Source: an uncultured Mycoplasma sp. (lineage in GTDB: Bacteria > Bacillota_I > Bacilli_A > RF39 > UBA660). From it: a stretch of DNA of 64,000 nucleotides. Below, one piece after another: positions 28,654 through 39,808 of this stretch (within the stretch, counting starts at the first letter, position 1; the number at the start of each line of letters is the position of its first letter). The translations under genes and the position numbers were made by a program. The DNA lies in assembly GCA_964345805.1 (NCBI GenBank), contig CAYFSK010000002.1:9606-73605 (forward strand), in the 5' to 3' direction. The notes under the pieces were generated by a model, which worked only from the letters and a program-made list of their open reading frames with translations, searched no databases and had not been told where the DNA came from.

Positions 28654-29978
28654 TTTTTTCTCCTTACCATTTTAGTTAATAATATGATTGCTATAAATAT
28701 TACTACTAAACTAATACTTAATACTATTCTAAATTCAGTGTTATTTCTCTTAATAAAAACTGTTCCCGTTTCGTTTTCTATTGTTATTGGATTTGTTTTA
28801 ATAATAACGTTTTCAAATAAATCATCTTTGTTTTTATCATCACCAACATCTGTATAATATAGTCCAAAATAATTAGGATTTAATTTTGTTATTTGTTTTG
28901 ATGATGTATATTCATTATTATTACCATTAAGCCAAGCAGTAAACCAAGTATTTTGCTGAGATATATGATATTTAAAGCTTTCCCTAGCTACTTCATAAGC
29001 AGTTTTATTATCAAATTTTTCTAAAGGAGCATCAATATCAAGAACCATTTTATTTTTATCATATAAATGTAAATATACTTTTTGAACATTATATGGCTTA
29101 TATCCTTCGATTATATAATTATCATCATTAATATAATCTAACACTTTTTTTACTAGGTAACTATTATAAATATGCTGACCATGACCATATTCACCAGCCT
29201 CATCATGTCCAACAAGAACATATGGGCGAAGACGTCTTATTATAGTTACATATTCTTTTAAAATATCTTCTTCTGTGTATCCTTTATTTTCGGCATCTCT
29301 TTTAGCTTTTTCCATGCTTTCTGAATAGGCATCCGGAATAAGACCCATTGTTGGATATTCATCAACACCAGAGTGCCATAAACCATTTAACTGTTCATGT
29401 AATCTAGATGCATTTTTTATACCCTTAGCATTTGAATGATCAACTAAATATACTACATGAACTATTTTTTTTGCATTAACATAGTATGGTAAAAGACCTG
29501 CAAAAAATAGTTGTTCATCATCAGAATGGGTTGAGAAAAGCATTAAGTCTACTTTATCGTGTTTTTTCCATATTTGTACATCTTTTGGAACATCACCACT
29601 TGAATAAGCATATATTTCAGAAATTTTTACTTCACTGTTATATTTAATTGTTATATCAGTTGCTTCTTTTTTTAAATCAATATATTCATGAAGAAAACCA
29701 CTTGTACCAATATCAAGTGTTGTTTCATTAAAAGTTATTGTTCCTTCAGTACTTTTCTCTTCATATAATATATATAATTTTTCTATCTTTTCATCACTTT
29801 TAATTTTAATTACTTCACCATTTTCAATGCCTAAATAAGTCTTATAATTATTGTCAGATAAAGTATTAAAAACTTTATCATTAACCTTTAAAGTGTATTT
29901 AACTTTCTCTGCTTCTTTTGAATTAACATTAATAGCAAAAAGAAATAAAAATATTATAATTATCTTTTTTATTTGCAT
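28650..29978 (-). CDS. secreted, C-terminally membrane-anchored LmbE/PIG-L family deacetylase-like protein
   Basis: Signal peptide. The central domain has the HSDDE and HGQH zinc motifs of PIG-L. The C-terminus is a TM helix plus RRKK. Confidence 0.6.
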   Translation of the reverse strand: MQIKKIIIIFLFLFAINVNSKEAEKVKYTLKVNDKVFNTLSDNNYKTYLGIENGEVIKIKSDEKIEKLYILYEEKSTEGTITFNETTLDIGTSGFLHEYIDLKKEATDITIKYNSEVKISEIYAYSSGDVPKDVQIWKKHDKVDLMLFSTHSDDEQLFFAGLLPYYVNAKKIVHVVYLVDHSNAKGIKNASRLHEQLNGLWHSGVDEYPTMGLIPDAYSESMEKAKRDAENKGYTEEDILKEYVTIIRRLRPYVLVGHDEAGEYGHGQHIYNSYLVKKVLDYINDDNYIIEGYKPYNVQKVYLHLYDKNKMVLDIDAPLEKFDNKTAYEVARESFKYHISQQNTWFTAWLNGNNNEYTSSKQITKLNPNYFGLYYTDVGDDKNKDDLFENVIIKTNPITIENETGTVFIKRNNTEFRIVLSISLVVIFIAIILLTKMVRRKK

Positions 29979-30658
29979 GTTACTCCTTTGTTACATATAC
30001 TTATTTGATAATAAGATCTTCCTTTATAATTACCTTTTTCATCAAAATCATCTTCAGTATCAAAAGTAAATACTTTTAAAGTTATTGGCGATGATATGTC
30101 ATTAATTTTTGATCCAGCTGTTAATTTAATTGATGTAAAATAAGTATCATTATTAAAATCTTTATCTTCAACATGTGAATACCAGTTATCAAAACGATGA
30201 ACATATGCATCATATAAATACACTTCTAAATAATCATAATATTTTTTCATATCAGACGGCTTTAAAATATTATAATTAACATGAGTTTCATCTTTTAAAT
30301 AATAATCAATATTAAATCCCATCTTAATATTATGATCTGGATCAATTTGAACCCATAAGTCATGGAAAAATTCCCTTGGTTTTGCTGCATGGGCTAGGCT
30401 TTTCTTATTTGAAGGAAAAATTTCAAAAGTATTAATATCCTTTTTAGGAGTAAAAGTTTCTCCATAACTGCCTTCTATGATATAGTGTTCTTTATTATTT
30501 GCATCATATATACCTATTGGCATCGGATTATTATCTTTATATGTATCTTTTACTTCTTCTTTTGTTTTACTAATAATATTTTTTTCAAAAGTATTATCTT
30601 TTTTCTCACAGCCAAATAAAAACAACACACATATAATAAGTAAGATATATTTTTTCAT
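29969..30658 (-). CDS. lipoprotein
   Basis: Signal peptide with an LFGC lipobox. It overlaps the upstream gene. Confidence 0.6.
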   Translation of the reverse strand: MKKYILLIICVLFLFGCEKKDNTFEKNIISKTKEEVKDTYKDNNPMPIGIYDANNKEHYIIEGSYGETFTPKKDINTFEIFPSNKKSLAHAAKPREFFHDLWVQIDPDHNIKMGFNIDYYLKDETHVNYNILKPSDMKKYYDYLEVYLYDAYVHRFDNWYSHVEDKDFNNDTYFTSIKLTAGSKINDISSPITLKVFTFDTEDDFDEKGNYKGRSYYQISICNKGVTCK

Positions 30659-30699
30659 ATTATCACCAATTTAATTATACTAAATTTTTAATAATTTAA

Positions 30700-30721
30700 A
30701 AAGAGTAACAATGTACTCTTT
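30700..30721 (-). terminator. intrinsic terminator after the HExxH protease gene
   Basis: AAAGAGTA-acaatg-TACTCTTT, then TTTTAAATT. Confidence 0.5.
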
Positions 30722-31703
30722 ACTTTCTTTTTTGTAGGCTTCTACTATAACTTCCTACAGCTTCTTTACCACTTAGAATAATATCTTCTAGGCCAATTTG
30801 TTTTATAATATCAACTTCTTTATGTTCATCAAACATAGTTAAAAACTGATTTAATGAAGTTGCTTTTTTATTTTGACGATACTCATTTACTAAATATAAT
30901 GCTAATAAATGGTCAAAAACATTTCTAAAACCAATTGTAGATGTAAAATTATTAGGATCTACAAGATTAGAAAATTGATGATTAATAATTATTATTATAT
31001 CATCAAGTAAGTCTCTTTCTATTTTTAAAGCGTCTTTATAATAACCATTTTCTTTTAGAAAATCAATAAAAGCATATTCAATAAATTTAGGATAAGTTTC
31101 TACTAAAAAGGAACTTGAAAAAGTTAGACCTTCTTCTGGAGAGGTTGCATCTTTAAATTGAAAAGCATGGGCCAGTTCATGAGGAAGAGTACTTGTAGTT
31201 AACATCTTACCATTAAATCTTGTTAAAATATAAGGCTTATTATCAGTTAAAAGCTTGTAATAAATACCTTTACCTGTTTTATTTGGATATGGTTTTGGAT
31301 TAAGTTCAATTCTATTTTCAAGCATAGCTAAATTAAATATTTCATGCATAGAAATATTATTTTCTCTTAAAAAAGCTTGCATTAACTCAACATATTCTTG
31401 AAGAGAAATTTTACTTATAAAATGAAATTTATCAGGTAATTTTAAATCAAGATACTTACCCATTAAATTTTTAATATTTTCAGTTTTTTCTTTTAAAAAA
31501 GATGAAGATACCTCATCATAAAAAGAAGATGTAAATAAGGCAAGTTCTTTATTATCACAAGTATATTTACTTCCAGTTAAATAAGCTAATATATTTTTAA
31601 TTGAATCTATATCAAGAGCTAAAGACATATTAGTTTTATCTTTAGCTTGCATTTTTTCAAGATGAATTAATTTTGCTTTTAAATAATCAATATCAATTCT
31701 CAT
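30720..31703 (-). CDS. putative zinc metalloprotease (HExxH)
   Basis: HELAHAFQ motif. No signal peptide. 327 aa. Confidence 0.45.
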   Translation of the reverse strand: MRIDIDYLKAKLIHLEKMQAKDKTNMSLALDIDSIKNILAYLTGSKYTCDNKELALFTSSFYDEVSSSFLKEKTENIKNLMGKYLDLKLPDKFHFISKISLQEYVELMQAFLRENNISMHEIFNLAMLENRIELNPKPYPNKTGKGIYYKLLTDNKPYILTRFNGKMLTTSTLPHELAHAFQFKDATSPEEGLTFSSSFLVETYPKFIEYAFIDFLKENGYYKDALKIERDLLDDIIIIINHQFSNLVDPNNFTSTIGFRNVFDHLLALYLVNEYRQNKKATSLNQFLTMFDEHKEVDIIKQIGLEDIILSGKEAVGSYSRSLQKRK

Positions 31704-31780
31704 ACAAAACCCCCTTAACGCTTAATAATATAGCATAATGTAAGAGAAAATGCAAATTTGATTATCCTTTTTTTAAATAA

Positions 31781-31800
31781 AAAAAGCAATTATTATTGCT
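31781..31800 (-). terminator. intrinsic terminator after the yqeY-like gene
   Basis: AAAGCAAT-tatt-ATTGCTTT, flanked by an A-run and a T-run on both strands. Confidence 0.55.
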
Positions 31801-31801
31801 T

Positions 31802-32251
31802 TTATGAAAGTTTTTCTTTTACAATGCTTGATACTTTACTCATATCAGCACTATTTCCTATTTTACTAGTTAATGTCTTCATAACTATGCCCATTTCTTT
31901 TAATGATGTTGCTCCTGTTTCTTTAATAACAGCTAAAACTTCTTTTTCAATTTCTTCATCACTTAATTGAGCAGGAAGATAAATATTTAAAATATCTATT
32001 TCTTTTTTAAGATCTGATACTTTATCCATCTTTTCATATTTAGTATATTCTTCGATTGAACTTTCTCTTTGTTTAATATTTCTTTTTACAATAGTTATTA
32101 CTTCTTCATCACTTAAAGTTTCATCTTTACCTTTTTTAGTAATTTCCAATTGTAAAGCAGATTTAAGCATTCTTATAACTGATAACTTAAATTTATCACC
32201 AGTTTTCATAGCTTCTTTTAAATCATTATTTATTTTTTCAAATAAAGTCAT
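31802..32251 (-). CDS. GatB/YqeY domain protein
   Basis: 149 aa, YqeY-like (MTLFEKINNDLKEAMK...). Confidence 0.7.
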   Translation of the reverse strand: MTLFEKINNDLKEAMKTGDKFKLSVIRMLKSALQLEITKKGKDETLSDEEVITIVKRNIKQRESSIEEYTKYEKMDKVSDLKKEIDILNIYLPAQLSDEEIEKEVLAVIKETGATSLKEMGIVMKTLTSKIGNSADMSKVSSIVKEKLS

Positions 32252-32303
32252 TTTATCACCTTCTTTATATATTTTATATCAAAAAAGCCTTTTTATCAAA
32301 TTA

Positions 32304-32951
32304 TTATTTTCTTTGTCTTGACCTACCTATTTTATGACCTGAAGCATAATCAGATACTAATCTAAAGTTTTCATCATATGGGTATTTTTGTTGACCAAAT
32401 TTTAAGCACATCTCTCCAAAAGAATCGCCACTTTCTAATAAATCTTTAACTGTTTTATCTGTTATAGCATTATTATGAGGCTGATTATTTAAATCAACAC
32501 ATCCTTCTTCATCATACAATTTACTTTGCAAATCAAATTCTAACTTATCACATTGATAAGCAAATTTTGCTTCAGGTGTTTTTTGTTCATCAAACTCTAA
32601 AAATAAACCTTCTATTTCATTTCCACTTAGTAAACCTCTTAATATTTTATGCACAGCTTGTCTTTCAAGCTTTTCTTTTTCTTCTCTAGAAATATCAAAT
32701 AAAGTAAAATCACCAATAACTGCTTCACCTATTTCATGAATAGCTAGCATAAAAATAACTTTTTTAATATCAATATCATAGTCAAACTCAGATTTCATGG
32801 CTAAAGCTAACATTTGAACCCCAAAAACATGCTCAGCAACACTTTCTATTCTTTCCCTTTGGACATTCCAACTTTTCCATCCTGTCCTAATTACATCTTT
32901 AAGCCTGTTACAAAGTACATAGTACTTAATAACATTTACCTCTTTTGACAC
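32304..32951 (-). CDS. HD-domain phosphohydrolase (YfbR-like 5'-deoxynucleotidase)
   Basis: H...HD...D metal-binding pattern (AEHVFGVQ, IHEIGEAVIGD). Confidence 0.6.
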   Translation of the reverse strand: MSKEVNVIKYYVLCNRLKDVIRTGWKSWNVQRERIESVAEHVFGVQMLALAMKSEFDYDIDIKKVIFMLAIHEIGEAVIGDFTLFDISREEKEKLERQAVHKILRGLLSGNEIEGLFLEFDEQKTPEAKFAYQCDKLEFDLQSKLYDEEGCVDLNNQPHNNAITDKTVKDLLESGDSFGEMCLKFGQQKYPYDENFRLVSDYASGHKIGRSRQRK

Positions 32952-32999
32952 TATACCCTCCTAATTATTTATTATATATTAATAAATATTTGGAGTCAA

Positions 33000-34313
33000 T
33001 TAACTATTCTTTTTTTTACTAACAGCTTTTTTTATTTTATTAATTTGTTCTAATCTTGCTTTAGCATTTTTCTCATTACCAAATACAGTTGGATAATAAA
33101 ATCTTTCAACTTTTATAGCATCAGGAAGACACTGCATATCAGTCATGGAATTTTCATAATCATGAGAGTATTCATAACCCTTACCAATACCAATTTTTTT
33201 ATCAAATGATGTTACTGCATTACGAAGATGAAAAGGAACTTTTTCTTTAGCTGTTTTTATTGCTATATCTTTTGCTTTCATATAAGCAAGTTCAAGTGAA
33301 TTTGACTTAGGTGATAAAGCAAGATAAACAACTGCTTGCGTAAGAATAACATTTGCCTCAGGCATCCCAATATATCTAGTTGCCTGAAAAGCTGATGTTG
33401 CTTGAACTAAAGCATTAGAATTAGCCATCCCAATATCTTCGGCGGCAAATCTAACTAATCTTCTTGCAACATATAAAGGATCTTCCCCTGATTCAAGAAT
33501 TCTAGCTAAATAATAAATTGCTGCATCAACATCGCTATTACGTAAAGATTTATGTAAAGCACTAATTAAATTATAGTGTTCTTCACCATTTTTATCATAT
33601 AAAAAAGTTCTTTCACTCATAATATTTTCTACTATTTTAGGAGTTATTTTCCTTTTAGATGAAGGCATGAATTTAATAATGTTTTCTAAAGTATTAAGCA
33701 TACTTCTTGCATCACCACTAGATATATTTATAATCATATCTAAAGCATTATCATCAATGCTATTTTTAGGATATTCTTTTTTTAAAGCATTATTTAAAAT
33801 AATTTTTAAATCATCCGAAGAAAGAGAATTAAGTAAAAATACTTTAGTTCTTGATAATAATGCTGAGTTTACTTCAAAAGAAGGATTCTCAGTTGTTGCT
33901 CCAATTAAAATAATATCGCCCTTTTCTACATAAGGAAGAAGAACATCTTGTTGAGCTTTATTAAAACGATGTATTTCGTCTATAAAAAGAATTGTTTTTT
34001 TATTATTAAGTTTATTAAATCTAGCAATATCTCTTATTTCTTTTATATCTTTAACGCCACTTTCAACAGCACTTAATTGATGAAATGAAGATGATGTTGA
34101 TGAAGCAATAACTTTAGCAAGAGTGGTTTTTCCTACCCCAGGAGGACCATATAAAATAATCGATGATAAATTATCTGTTTCAATCATTTTACGAAGTAAA
34201 GAATTTTTACCAACTGTTTTTTCTTGACCGATAAATTCTTCTAAAGTTTTAGGTCTTACTCTATCAGCAAGAGGTCTAAAATCTTGATGCGACTCTTCTT
34301 CAAAAAGATTCAT
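33000..34313 (-). CDS. rarA: replication-associated recombination protein A (RarA/MgsA AAA+ ATPase)
   Basis: GPPGVGKTTLA Walker A, DEIHRFNKAQQD Walker B/sensor, and C-terminal MgsA helical domain. Confidence 0.9.
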   Translation of the reverse strand: MNLFEEESHQDFRPLADRVRPKTLEEFIGQEKTVGKNSLLRKMIETDNLSSIILYGPPGVGKTTLAKVIASSTSSSFHQLSAVESGVKDIKEIRDIARFNKLNNKKTILFIDEIHRFNKAQQDVLLPYVEKGDIILIGATTENPSFEVNSALLSRTKVFLLNSLSSDDLKIILNNALKKEYPKNSIDDNALDMIINISSGDARSMLNTLENIIKFMPSSKRKITPKIVENIMSERTFLYDKNGEEHYNLISALHKSLRNSDVDAAIYYLARILESGEDPLYVARRLVRFAAEDIGMANSNALVQATSAFQATRYIGMPEANVILTQAVVYLALSPKSNSLELAYMKAKDIAIKTAKEKVPFHLRNAVTSFDKKIGIGKGYEYSHDYENSMTDMQCLPDAIKVERFYYPTVFGNEKNAKARLEQINKIKKAVSKKKNS

Positions 34314-34356
34314 TATATCCCTCCTTTACAAACTATTATTATTGTATCATAAAAAA

Positions 34357-34377
34357 AGCATTTTTTATAAATGCTTA
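34357..34377 (-). terminator. intrinsic terminator after the nagZ-like gene
   Basis: AAGCATT-ttttata-AATGCTT, then TTTTTTTAT on the minus strand. Confidence 0.45.
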
Positions 34378-35460
34378 TTTGGCTATATTATATTTATATT
34401 TTAATTCTAAGATTTTTCTAACTGATGCATTTATTTGTTCTTCAGTTATCTCTTTTCTATCAATCGCTGCTACTACAGATTCAATCGTTAGTTTAGATGC
34501 CCCTGGTAAAAGAAGAATATCAACGCCAGCATTAATTGCTTTAGTAACTATTTCTGCTTTAGAATATTCATCTTGAAATAAACCTGTATTAAGTGCGTCA
34601 GTTACAACAAGGCCATCATATTTAAGTTCTTTTTTTAGTAAATCTTTTATTACTTTTCTAGATAAGGATGCAGGATTAAATTTATCAATTTCAGGAATCG
34701 ATACATGACCAACCATGATAACATCAGCACCTTCTTTAATTACTTTTTGAAAAGGAATTAAGTCTTTTTCATATAGTTCTTTTTTAGTCTTACTAAGTAC
34801 TGGTAATTTTCTTGGACTTTCAGATGTTGCACTACCAAGACCCGGAAAATGTTTATAAACAGGTATTATACCCTTTTCTTTCATTCCTTTAGCAAGACTA
34901 ATACCAAGATTAGCAACTATTTTCTCATCATTACCAAAAGATCTTGAACTAGTATCATCAATATCAATAACTGGTGCAAAATTCATATTAATACCATATT
35001 TTTTTAAATCACCAGCAAGTATTTTACCAGTTTCATAAGTCTTTTTCTCATTATTTTTCTTACCAAGTTCTTCCATCGTAGGAATACTTGATACAGTTAT
35101 ATCACCCTTTGACTGAAGAGTTTGAACTTTACCACCTTCTTGAGTAATTGATATGAACATTGGTACTTTTGCTGCTTTTTGAATATCTTCGGTGAATTTT
35201 GTTAATTGCTCTGAATCAACAATATTATTTTTTAAAATAATGATACCACCAAGACCATAAGTTTCTATATTCTTTTTTAAAAAATCATCACACTCAGCAG
35301 AATAATAATAAGAAATTATCATTTGACCTATTTTTTGTTCTAAAGTCATTTTCTTAAGAGTTTTATTTATCTTATAATTTGTTGTTCTACTTATAAAGAA
35401 AAAAGTTATACCTCCACCAACAAGTAAAAGTATTAATATTAAACGCACTATTTTTTTCAT
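34375..35460 (-). CDS. beta-N-acetylhexosaminidase (GH3, NagZ-like), membrane-anchored
   Basis: GH3 N-domain motifs (KHFPGLG, catalytic Asp region) and an N-terminal TM. Caution: my reading of the last codons disagrees by 1 nt with the supplied ORF end. Confidence 0.75.
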   Translation of the reverse strand: MKKIVRLILILLLVGGGITFFFISRTTNYKINKTLKKMTLEQKIGQMIISYYYSAECDDFLKKNIETYGLGGIIILKNNIVDSEQLTKFTEDIQKAAKVPMFISITQEGGKVQTLQSKGDITVSSIPTMEELGKKNNEKKTYETGKILAGDLKKYGINMNFAPVIDIDDTSSRSFGNDEKIVANLGISLAKGMKEKGIIPVYKHFPGLGSATSESPRKLPVLSKTKKELYEKDLIPFQKVIKEGADVIMVGHVSIPEIDKFNPASLSRKVIKDLLKKELKYDGLVVTDALNTGLFQDEYSKAEIVTKAINAGVDILLLPGASKLTIESVVAAIDRKEITEEQINASVRKILELKYKYNIAK

Positions 35461-35513
35461 AGTTACCTTCCTTACATCATTATATTAACATAATAAAAGT
35501 CCATTGTGTAAAA

Positions 35514-36281
35514 TTATATTTCTTTTTTAATCATTTTTCTAATTGCTAAAATTGCTACTTTAATTGCTTTATTTGTATCAAACTCTGTTTTATTATCTAG
35601 TTTTCTTTTTTCTCTTTCTTGGTTCCAAACCGCAAGAAGAACAGCTCCAGCTTTCATTTTTCTAACGCTTGCGACACTAAAAAGTGATGCAGTCTCCATT
35701 TCTGATGCTAAAGCACCTGAATCAATATAAGCTTGCCACTTATTTTTTAGTTCATAAGAAATGGGCATACTTGATGGATTATGTTGTCCATAAAAAGAAT
35801 CTTTACAGTGAACAACCCCTACATGGCCCTTTACTTTTAGTTCATTTACTGCTGCTTTTAGTGCAGTTGTTATTTCAAAATCAGCAACAGCTGGATATTC
35901 TATCGGAGTGTATTCCTTGCTTGTTCCTTCAGCTCTTATTGCTGCACTTGCTATAATAACATCGCCTGCTTTTACACCAAGTTGCATACCACCACAAGTG
36001 CCTACTCTAATTAAATTTTTTATGCCAAGTAAATGAAGCTCTTCGATACATATCGCCGTTGAAGGACCACCTATACCAGTTGAAATAACTAAAATGTTTT
36101 CTCCTTCTAATTTTCCTAAATAACTTGTATATTCTCTATTTACAGTTAATAATACTGGACTTTCAAGCAAATCAGCTATCTTTTTTACTCGACCTGGATC
36201 ACCAGGTAAAATAGCATATTTAGCATTTTTAATATCTTCTTTGGAAAGATTAATATGATACATTTTTTCTTTATTTTGCAT
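35514..36281 (-). CDS. udp: uridine phosphorylase (PNP/UDP family)
   Basis: LPGDPGRVKKIA and STGIGGPS motifs, with Udp-like length. Adjacent to cdd. Confidence 0.8.
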   Translation of the reverse strand: MQNKEKMYHINLSKEDIKNAKYAILPGDPGRVKKIADLLESPVLLTVNREYTSYLGKLEGENILVISTGIGGPSTAICIEELHLLGIKNLIRVGTCGGMQLGVKAGDVIIASAAIRAEGTSKEYTPIEYPAVADFEITTALKAAVNELKVKGHVGVVHCKDSFYGQHNPSSMPISYELKNKWQAYIDSGALASEMETASLFSVASVRKMKAGAVLLAVWNQEREKRKLDNKTEFDTNKAIKVAILAIRKMIKKEI

Positions 36282-36292
36282 AATTATCCTTT

Positions 36293-36700
36293 CTACAAAC
36301 TAAAACTACCAGGTAAAAGCTCATTTATTTTATATTTATATATTTTTTTATTTACATCATCATAACTGTAAATTGTAAAGTTTTTGTCTGTATATTCACT
36401 TATAAATTGACGACAATAACCACAAGGAAGAACTTTTTTAAATTCCTTATCTTCTTTATCTTTACCCATAACAACTATTAATCTAAATTCTTTATATCCT
36501 TCAGATAAAGCCTTAACAAAAGCAACTCTTTCTGCACAAATAGATTGAATGCCATCATTTTCAACATTAACACCAGTAAAAATATGGTTATCTTTAGTTA
36601 CAAGAATAGCACCAACCGAAAAATTTGTATGCTTACAGCAGTCATTTTTTAAAGATATTTCTTTGGCTTTTTTAATTAAATTCTCTATTTTAAGATTCAT
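36293..36700 (-). CDS. cdd: cytidine deaminase
   Basis: CAERVA and PCGYCRQ zinc motifs. 135 aa. Confidence 0.9.
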   Translation of the reverse strand: MNLKIENLIKKAKEISLKNDCCKHTNFSVGAILVTKDNHIFTGVNVENDGIQSICAERVAFVKALSEGYKEFRLIVVMGKDKEDKEFKKVLPCGYCRQFISEYTDKNFTIYSYDDVNKKIYKYKINELLPGSFSL

Positions 36701-39053
36701 TTTCTTTCCATTTCCAATCTTTTACTTCAGGCATATCTTCGCCATATTCTTTAATATATTCTTTATGTTCAATTAGTTTTTCTTTACACCACTGATTTAC
36801 CATAACTCTTTTATCTCCTAAAGAAGGTAAATATTTCATTGCATCCATTACTAAGTGATATCTATCCATTTCATTTTGAACTCGCATATCAAATGGTGTT
36901 GTAATAGTTCCTTCTTCATTATATCCATGAACATGTAAATCTTGATTTGTTCTTTTATAAGTAAGTTGATGAATTAAAGATGGATAACCATGAAAAGCCA
37001 TAATAATTGGTTTATCTTTAGTAAATATTAAATCATAATCTTCATCAGAAAGTCCATGAGGATGTTTAGTATTTGACTCAAGTCTCATTAAATCAACAAT
37101 ATTTACTACTCTAATTTTAAGTTCTGGAAATTTTTCTCTTAATATTGATGTTGCAGCAAGAATTTCTAGCGTTGGTGTATCACCAGCACAGGCCATAACC
37201 AAATCAGTTTTTCCATCTTGATCATTTGATGCAAAAGACCATATACCTATTCCATTAGTACAATGTTTAACAGCTTGCTCCATTGAAAGCCACTGTGGTC
37301 TTAAATGTTTAGATGCTACAATTACATTAATATAATTTTTAGTTTTAATACAGTGGTCAAAACAAGATAAAAGACAGTTTGCATCAGGAGGAAGATACAT
37401 TCTTACTGTATCAGCTTTCTTAGTTACTAAATGATTTAAAAAACCTGGGTCTTGGTGAGTATAACCGTTATGATCTTGTTGCCAAGTATGTGAAGATAAA
37501 ACAAAGTTTAATGATGCTATATCACTTCTCCATGGAAGTTCTTTACATATTTTAAGCCACTTAGCATGTTGTGATGTCATTGAATCAACAATTCTAATAA
37601 AAGCTTCATAACTATGCATAAAGCCATGCCTTCCAGATAAAAGATATCCTTCTAAAGCTCCCTCACAAAAATGCTCTGATAAGTAAGAATCTAGCACTCT
37701 TCCATCATAGCTTAAGAATTCATCTTCATCATAAATTGTTCCAACCCAACTTCTTTTTTCTTCTTCAAAAACGTGATTCAAACGATTTGATAAAGCCTCA
37801 TCTGGTCCAAACATACGAAAATTTCTATTATCTTTATTTAATTTAAAAACATCTCTTACATATTTACCAAGTTCCATCATATCACTTGCTTCTATAGATC
37901 CCGGAGATTTTACTTCAAGTCCATATTCTCTAAAATCAGGAGTTCTAAGTTCTTTTAATAAAAGGCCTCCATTTGTAACCGGATTTAAACCCATTCTCTT
38001 ATCCCCTTTAGGAGCAAGTTCTTTAAGTTCTGGCAAAAGTCTACCATTTTCATCAAATAATTTTTCAGGATGATAACTTAAAAGCCATTTCTCTAAAATT
38101 TCTAAGTCTTTTTCACCGGTCATAGTTACTGGAACTTGATGAGCTCTAAAAGAGCCTTCTATCTTTTTACCATCATGCTCTTTTGGACAACTCCATCCTT
38201 TTGGACTCTTTAAAACAATCATTGGCCAGTATATATTTGTTTGTTTGTTTTGAGCAGCATATTTTTTTATAACTCCAATTTCCATAATAACTTTATCTAA
38301 AGTACTTGCCATATCCTCATGCATAGTATAAGGATCTTCTCCTTCAACTATATAAGGATGAAAACCAAGTCCTTTAAAATAATTTAATAACTCTTCATTA
38401 CTTATTCTTGCAAGAACAGTTGGATTTGCTATCTTATAACCATTAAGATGTAATATCGGAAGAACAACTCCATCATTTTTAGGATTTAAAAATTTATTAA
38501 AACGCCATGATGAAGCAAGAGGACCGGTTTCTGCCTCTCCATCTCCAACAATACAAGCTGCTATTAAATTAGGATTATCTAAAACCGCTCCATAGGCATG
38601 TGATAAACTATAACCAAGTTCACCACCTTCATTAATAGAACCAGGAGTTTCTGGTGCTACGTGACTTGAAACACCTCCTGGAAAACTAAACTGTTTAAAT
38701 AGTTTTTTTAATCCTTCTTCATCTTCAGTAATATTTGGATATACTTCACTATAACTACCTTCTAGATAAGTATTAGCAACAAGAGCATTACCACCATGCC
38801 CCGGACCTGATACATATATCATATTTAAATTATATTTATTTATTATTCTATTTAAATGAACATAAATAAAATTTTGACCTGGAACAGTACCCCAGTGTCC
38901 AACAAGTTTTCTTTTAACATCCTTTCTTTCTAATTTTCTTTTTAATAAAGGATTGTCAAGAAGATATAATTGCCCTAGTGAAACATAATTTGTCGCATCA
39001 AAATAAGCATCCATCTTTCTTAACATTTCATCATCTAATACTCTAGCCATCAC
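36690..39053 (-). CDS. xfp: xylulose-5-phosphate/fructose-6-phosphate phosphoketolase
   Basis: 787 aa with the EGGELGY and GPGHG phosphoketolase signatures and a TPP-binding fold. Confidence 0.9.
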   Translation of the reverse strand: MMARVLDDEMLRKMDAYFDATNYVSLGQLYLLDNPLLKRKLERKDVKRKLVGHWGTVPGQNFIYVHLNRIINKYNLNMIYVSGPGHGGNALVANTYLEGSYSEVYPNITEDEEGLKKLFKQFSFPGGVSSHVAPETPGSINEGGELGYSLSHAYGAVLDNPNLIAACIVGDGEAETGPLASSWRFNKFLNPKNDGVVLPILHLNGYKIANPTVLARISNEELLNYFKGLGFHPYIVEGEDPYTMHEDMASTLDKVIMEIGVIKKYAAQNKQTNIYWPMIVLKSPKGWSCPKEHDGKKIEGSFRAHQVPVTMTGEKDLEILEKWLLSYHPEKLFDENGRLLPELKELAPKGDKRMGLNPVTNGGLLLKELRTPDFREYGLEVKSPGSIEASDMMELGKYVRDVFKLNKDNRNFRMFGPDEALSNRLNHVFEEEKRSWVGTIYDEDEFLSYDGRVLDSYLSEHFCEGALEGYLLSGRHGFMHSYEAFIRIVDSMTSQHAKWLKICKELPWRSDIASLNFVLSSHTWQQDHNGYTHQDPGFLNHLVTKKADTVRMYLPPDANCLLSCFDHCIKTKNYINVIVASKHLRPQWLSMEQAVKHCTNGIGIWSFASNDQDGKTDLVMACAGDTPTLEILAATSILREKFPELKIRVVNIVDLMRLESNTKHPHGLSDEDYDLIFTKDKPIIMAFHGYPSLIHQLTYKRTNQDLHVHGYNEEGTITTPFDMRVQNEMDRYHLVMDAMKYLPSLGDKRVMVNQWCKEKLIEHKEYIKEYGEDMPEVKDWKWKENES

Positions 39054-39118
39054 TTGTCACCATACCTTAAATATCATTATATAACAAATATCATTTTTTT
39101 AATAGTCTTAAAACAATA

Positions 39119-39146
39119 AAAAAGAATGAGTTTTTTCATTCTTTAA
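39119..39146 (-). terminator. intrinsic terminator after the YugP-like peptidase gene
   Basis: AAGAATGA-gttttt-TCATTCTT, then TTTTTTATTG on the minus strand. Confidence 0.55.
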
Positions 39147-39808
39147 TCTCTTCTTGATGAATAGAAGATTAGCCTTAATATTTGCAGTGCACTTGCAAGT
39201 ACACCAGCAACATAAGTAAAAGCAGCAGATGTAAGAACCTTTCTTACGCCTTCACTTTCATCTTCAGTTGGTATATTTAATTTATTAAGTTCACCTTTAG
39301 CCCTTTTACTTGCATTAAATTCAACTGGTAAAGTAATAATTTGAAATAAAAGTCCAAAAGAAGTAAAACCAATACCAATATAAACAAGTTTAAACATTTC
39401 TAAAATAAAACCTATTAAAATAATATAGTAAGAAATTGACGTTGCAATATTAACGATTGGCACTATTAAACTTCTTATTTTCATTGGTAAATATTTTTCT
39501 TTATCTTGAATAGCATGACCACATTCATGAGCCGCTATTGCCATTGATGATACAGATGACTGTCTAAATACTGCTGTTGAAAGCCTTACAGTTTTTCTTC
39601 TTGGATCGTAATGGTCTGTTAAATAACCAGGTGCTTCAACTACATAAACATTATTAAGCCCATTTTTATCCAGTATCATTCTAGCAACTTCTTGCCCAGT
39701 TAAATTTTTAGTGTTTGTTGCTTTAAGATATTTTTTATATATTCCCTTAACACCTAAATCAGCAATTAAAGGAATAGCAATTATTAAAATTATAAACAAA
39801 AAATCCAT
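39143..39808 (-). CDS. membrane zinc metallopeptidase (YugP/COG2738 family)
   Basis: HECGHAIQ motif, with an N-terminal TM and two C-terminal TMs. Confidence 0.7.
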   Translation of the reverse strand: MDFLFIILIIAIPLIADLGVKGIYKKYLKATNTKNLTGQEVARMILDKNGLNNVYVVEAPGYLTDHYDPRRKTVRLSTAVFRQSSVSSMAIAAHECGHAIQDKEKYLPMKIRSLIVPIVNIATSISYYIILIGFILEMFKLVYIGIGFTSFGLLFQIITLPVEFNASKRAKGELNKLNIPTEDESEGVRKVLTSAAFTYVAGVLASALQILRLIFYSSRRD

